From Zygophlyctis sp. KS116 (taxonomy: Eukaryota; Fungi; Chytridiomycota), in NCBI GenBank assembly GCA_054661495.1, contig BAAFSQ010000253.1, positions 1-14,271 on the forward strand: a stretch of 14,271 bases of DNA, written 5' to 3'. Positions within the stretch are counted from its first letter, which is position 1. Each line of letters opens with the position of its first letter. The position numbers and the translations under genes were made by a program. The notes under the pieces are model-generated. The model did not search any database, was not told the DNA's origin, and saw nothing but the letters and a program-made list of their open reading frames with translations. Below are positions 9,635 to 14,271 of the stretch, in pieces.

Positions 9635-10897
9635 ATGAATTTCTCAAATTTCAGTTTAGAATTTCTAGATTTACTAGACTCAGTCTCTCAAAATGATCAT
9701 GAAAATGTAAAGGAAATTGTAAAATCTCTACAATCTAAATGGACTGCGAATGAAGTGGAATATTTTAATGTTTTGGTTCTGCTAAGTCTCTCAGACTCTA
9801 AAAAACTCTTGGTTTTAAAGGAAGAATTGGATAATTATATGAGCGAAGTTGCAGGTGCAAAAGTACTAAAGGAAGTTGTCGATTTCTCAAGAAAAGTTTC
9901 ATCAGATTTAATTATTTCTTTGGGAAATTTAAAATCTCTAAAAACTACTATAGCGTCTTCAGATGTACTTAAAATTTGGAAATCAATCACAGAATCCAAT
10001 CATGTGGATTATTTGAGAGAATCTAGTATTTTTCAAATTTTGTTAAATGATACTTTTGGAGTCAATCCTTCTCAAAATCATATAAATCAACGGTTAGAAA
10101 TACTTGCAATTGCTTCAGCAAGATCACCAGGCTGGGTAGAGTCTAAAAAGGATCAAGAGGAGTATAATACTCTAAAAGAATTGAAAAAATTACACGCTTT
10201 ACTAGGAAAAGTAAATTCAATGGGACAAATTCCAAATCATTTTACAGATTTCTTATCCGCAATCAAATTTCCAATTACAAGTTGTGCTCTAATAACTTGG
10301 ATTTCTCATAAATTACAAGATCCAAATTTTTATGAATGGACTGCTTATTTTGTTATGGGAGAAACACCATTTGCTTTTTATATTTTAGATGAAATTGCTA
10401 TACAACAACCAAGATTAAGAAAAAGGTTAATAGAACTATGGTGTCAAATTCTAACTAGAGAATTTTTGATAAAGGAAGTTAAACCAGAGGCTGTTCAAAG
10501 ATGTAGAGAAAGAATTTTGGATCATTTTTTACTTTTAGCAAAACTAGATTCTGCTTGTGATATTTTAACTCATTTCAAGGATAATATAGATTCAATTGAT
10601 GATAGTCTTGTGCTATTCTTTATAAAATCTGTAAATATTTTTATTCTAAAATTATAGTTGTTGGATATTTTAGAAACTCCCATTCCTCAAGATTTTGCAG
10701 TTAAAGTTTCACAAGTTTTGTCTAAAATACAACCAGAAGCAATTGAAGCATCTGATAGTAAACCAAAATTATTAGAATTTTTTGGTAATTTTACAAGATT
10801 TTAAAATTTAGAAAAAGTATTACAAGATGCTCCAAACTTGACAAATGAAAATAGGAATATTCTTATTACAATGAGTAACTCTATTACTCTCTTATAG
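9635..10897 (+). CDS. NELFCD: Negative elongation factor C/D (TH1)-like protein, about 402 aa; exons 9635-10630, 10658-10784, 10812-10897
   Basis: Blocks resemble human TH1 as remembered: DYLRESSIFQILLNDTF..LEILAIAS vs ELIRVPAFLDLFMQSLF..IHILAYAAS; IKFPITSCALITWI vs IRFPVVAMGVLKWV; TPFAFYILDEIA vs TPVHLALLDEIS; ILDHFLLL vs LLDRMVHL; DDSLVLFFIKSLLDILETPIPQDF vs DISLIRYFVTEVLDVIAPPYTSDF. Two 27-nt introns at 10631-10657 and 10785-10811. Confidence 0.8.
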
Positions 10898-11780
10898 AAA
10901 ATTTCTTTAGTATTAATATCCCTCCTATACTCATTAGTATAGTCCCAAAAATAAAATATTTTTGAATTGAATCTCGTCTATCTTGTTGATTTTTTAATTT
11001 TGTTAATTCTATAGAGGTTTCAAGAGATTTCTTTTCTAAATTTTCTAAAACCAAGGTTAATTTTCCTAGATCCTTGGTTTCTTTTGATAATTTAGAATCA
11101 AAATTGTCCTGTTTTTCATTGAATTCTCCAAGTTTTTTATCACAATACACTTTCAAATCAGTCTGATCTCTAGTCAATTTATCTATCGACTCAACGACAG
11201 AAGAATCCAGTCCAAATTCAGCGTATAATGATTTCGTATCTTGAATCTCTTTCAATTCCTGATTGAGTAAATTTGAAATCTCTTCCAGTTTTTCTTGATT
11301 TGATAGTTTTAAAAAGTTGTCTGGAGATCCTAGGGGACTATCCACGTCCTTTAAATCCCTTGTTCCTGATTCATGACTTGCATCCACCATTACTAGTTTA
11401 CAAACAACTTTTTTATAAATTTGGTTTCCATCGTCGTCTGGAATATCGACACCAAATTCAATCACATCTAGATTTTTCAATTCATACGGATCTCCCATTT
11501 TCCCTGCAGGATTAGAAATTGAGACATTATTAACAAAAGTTCCATTTGAAGAGTTTAGATCTTTAATGTATAATATACCATTCTCCATGAATAATTCTGC
11601 CTATTATCGTTTAATTCAATTAATTACATGAAAACGACTTAAAACTCGAGCGTCAAAGATTCCATTCGTCGGTTCAGCCAAAGACTTTGGAGGGATTTGA
11701 CGTCCGATTGTTATTCTAGAGGTTACATCTAAACATTTTGAGAATGATGGTTCGCTCTGGCACTCTAAAATGATTTTCAT
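10884..11780 (-). CDS. FHA-domain, coiled-coil, tail-anchored protein (Vps64/Far9/Far10/SLMAP-like STRIPAK subunit), about 289 aa; exons 11780-11628, 11600-10884
   Basis: Spliced FHA domain reads IGRQ..NGIFDARVLSRFHAEL..YIKDLNSSNGTFVN..DVIEFGVDI, followed by a coiled coil and a C-terminal TM (YFIFGTILMSIGGILIL KK). A 27-nt intron lies at 11601-11627. Confidence 0.88.
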
Positions 11781-11893
11781 ACGCTTGACCAAGTCACAAA
11801 TCTAAATTCAATTTTAATGATTTATTTTAGAATATCGCTACAAAACAACACAATGCTAAACTATATTCCAGAGGCTAAATTACATAGAATAAC

Positions 11894-13522
11894 CTAATGA
11901 CCATGAATTAATGTATCGCCAAAAGAGTAATCAGATCTTTGATTTCCAGAAGGAATACTTGAAGTTGTTTGATGATGAGATGAATTACTATTATTGCTAT
12001 TGGGGCGTACTCCGAGTGGATTTTTAGAGTAACTAAGTCTAATTCCTCCCTTTGTAGAATTAGAGAGTGGATTTCCATACAGTTGGAAAAGGGCTTGAGT
12101 AGCAAATTGAACATCTTCAAACTAAAAAAACTTAAAAACTTGAAACTTACTTCAACAAAACACATGGGTCCATTAGACTTGTTTTTGAAACACAGTCTTT
12201 TATACCCAGTACATGAAGAAAACATGGCTCTCAATTCATCTTCAGATGCATCCATTGGGAGATTTCCAACATATAAGGTATTACAAGGAGGGTTTTGATC
12301 ACCTCCAGAAATTCCAAGGCGTGCTAAAGATGCGTTTGGATCAGACATGTCAATGTTTAAGAGTACACCAGAATTATTTGCAACAGTAGTTGAAAGTGTA
12401 GATCCATTTCCAGTAGATTCATTAGAAGACTCATTTCCAAAAGAAGAAAGAGAGGATCCAAGAGACGAAGTACCATTTAGTAGACTAGTTGAATTCAAAG
12501 GAGGAAAAAAGTCCATAGAATTGTTATTAGATGTTCCAGGTGTTCCACTAGACTCTAAAGGTATTGAAGAAAATACACGGCGTGATAAGAGACTCTCAGA
12601 TGAAAATAGAGCAGACGAAAATCCTCGGTCACCAGGCACAGAATTAACCCTCTCTGCAGAATTTGGTGGAGGCCCTTTTTCATTAATAAAAAGAGAATCA
12701 ATAGAATCTACAAGTGTTGTAGAGGATCCTCTAGATAGAGTTGAAGTGGGAGAATCAAACAATTCCATGAATCCAGAATTAGATCTTTCAAGAAAAGAAG
12801 TCTCTTTTAGTAGAGATGGTCTAGAAGGTAAAGAACCCAAAGTTTCAGAGTACAATGATCCTAAATCCGACCCAGATGCACTTCTTTCCTTTGTTAATGT
12901 ATTTGAACTAAAATCATAACCATTTAATCCAGGGGCAGGCCCAGTAGATCCAGTAGAAAAAACCGAATCAATAATTGGAGCATCCAGATGAGATCGTCTG
13001 CGAGGATAAGTATTCGATCCCGCCACCTGATTTCCATGGTTACCATTTCCATTACTAGAATTCATCCCAGTTGTAAAACCAAGTCCAGCAGGAGGAGTGA
13101 TTTCAGCCTTTTGATGATTCTCTCCATTCCCATTTAATCTTTTAGTATGAAGATTCTTCTTTGCCATCTCAGCCTTTAGAACCGATCCTTTTTCATAATC
13201 TATTTTTTTTCCTGATAATAGATCCTTTGCTTCAAGAGCATCACTTCTGGTTCTAAATTTTGCAAAACCAATCTTTATTTAAGTGCATCAAACTTACAAT
13301 CTGCTTTTTCCCGAAATCATCCTCATTGGAAGCAGGAATTTTGAGAGTTGCTCCTTCAAAGCCACAAGAAAATGTAAACATGTTTGTAAATTCCCGCTCC
13401 TGCATGTCTTCAGGAAACCCAACAACAAATATTGTAGTGATCTCGTCCTAGCTGATCAGTCAAGAATTAATTACCGCAAATGAATTTCCTACTGCTGCTA
13501 ATGCTGGACTCATGTTGTTCAT
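11894..13522 (-). CDS. WHI3: Whi3/Whi4/Scw1-like RNA-binding protein with two RRMs and a Ser/Asn/Gly-rich linker, about 515 aa; exons 13522-13475, 13447-13298, 13272-12151, 12121-11894
   Basis: RRM1 reads [43 protein letters not shown]2 reads [48 protein letters not shown]. Introns at 13448-13474, 13273-13297 and 12122-12150. Confidence 0.9.
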
Positions 13523-13671
13523 GGACTTTTTTTTTAACCTAGACTCTGTAAAATTTCAATTCATCAGTAAGCCCTGATACTGATCAGTTCAAAGCTGCAT
13601 AATGCTTCATTGCTTTTACTGCATAAATTTGCTCTCAGACTCTCATGCACAATATTCAAAATTTTAAATGT

Positions 13672-14150
13672 CTATTCATAGATCAATGTATCCATGACTG
13701 ATCTTTGGAATTTCTTTAAAGATTCCCCAAACCACATTTTAATTTCCTTTTCGGCAGATTCAACAGAATCAGATCCATGACAAATGTTTTTTCCAACATC
13801 AATACAGTAATCACCGCGAATAGTTCCAGGGGCAGAAGCAAGAGGATTAGTTTCACCTTTTAAATTAAAAAAAAGAATAAATTACCCAACATCTTACGTC
13901 CAGTCTTGACGACATCCTTTCCTTCCCAAACCATTCCAACAACAGGGCCTGAAAGCATATATGTTACCAATTTAGGGAAAAAGGATTTGGTTTTTAGATC
14001 TCCATAATGTTCTTCGAGTAAAGCACGAGATGGATGGAATAATGCCAAACCGCAAAGTTTATATCCTCTCTTTTCAAATCTAGAGATAATTTCTCCAACA
14101 AGTCCTCGCTCAACGCCATCAGGCTTCACCATAATGTAAGTTCGTTCCAT
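13672..14150 (-). CDS. NDK1: Nucleoside diphosphate kinase, 149 aa; exons 14150-13886, 13856-13672
   Basis: [41 protein letters not shown] and the active-site NICHGSDS. A 29-nt intron lies at 13857-13885. Confidence 0.97.
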
Positions 14151-14271
14151 TTCCTTTTTCAATGTTTTGCCCCAACAGTGCAAGCCACATTTCAATCGAG
14201 TAAATTTTGTTGGTTCTTATCAAGATGCAATTTTTTGTAGACAATTCGGACATGTCAATATTTGTCTACTT

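Noticed and set aside
1194-11515. Small antisense ORFs 1194-1385, 3938-4144, 7707-7952, 11273-11515
   Set aside because: All are short, lie opposite supported genes and carry no motifs.
12347-12919. 190-aa antisense ORF (also 12083-12298, 13260-13451, 13283-13483)
   Set aside because: These are shadows of the Ser-rich Whi3-like gene, with no motifs and no independent support.
13523-13671. Possible snoRNA or Whi3 autoregulatory GCAU cluster (7-bp hairpin 13563-13584, CTGCATAA twice)
   Set aside because: There are no properly ordered C/D or H/ACA boxes, and too few sense-strand GCAU sites to exceed chance.
14151-14195. N-terminal extension of NDK1 (MKCGLHCW...)
   Set aside because: It begins at TTG, whereas the canonical MERT start at 14150 gives a normal 149-aa enzyme.
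14162-14271. Possible start of a divergent plus-strand gene (ATG 14162 with an intron from 14200, or ATG 14225 MQFFVDNS...)
   Set aside because: It is truncated by the window edge and several models are equally possible, so none can be supported.
1-14271. Prokaryotic operon, viral region, CRISPR array, mobile element or alternative genetic code
   Set aside because: The genes are intron-containing eukaryotic housekeeping genes and internal stops fall inside introns. No repeat-spacer array, transposase or terminal repeats were seen.

Overview
Eukaryotic nuclear DNA, very AT-rich and extremely compact. The protein families point to a fungus, probably an early-diverging (chytrid-like or other zoosporic) lineage; that placement is inference. 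The fragmented ORF track is explained by about 25 tiny GT-AG introns of 24-37 nt. Splicing these out by hand gives 12 in-frame genes: Gvp36-like BAR protein (3'-partial), GPR89/GPHR, an Ssk2/Win1-like MAP3K with a degenerate kinase domain, COX20, a KICS2/C12orf66-like protein, an unknown secreted helical protein, an ICMT-family methyltransferase, SYS1, an N-terminally short NELF-C/D (TH1) homologue, a Vps64/Far9/SLMAP-like FHA tail-anchored protein, a Whi3/Scw1-like two-RRM protein and NDK1. Gaps between CDSs are 19-149 bp and one convergent pair overlaps by 14 bp. The main points of interest are the predicted Ssk2-like pseudokinase, subunits of two complexes absent from yeasts (NELF, KICSTOR), the tiny-intron and near-zero-intergenic architecture, and a G-quadruplex-like island in a bidirectional promoter. 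All family assignments come from remembered motifs, not database searches.
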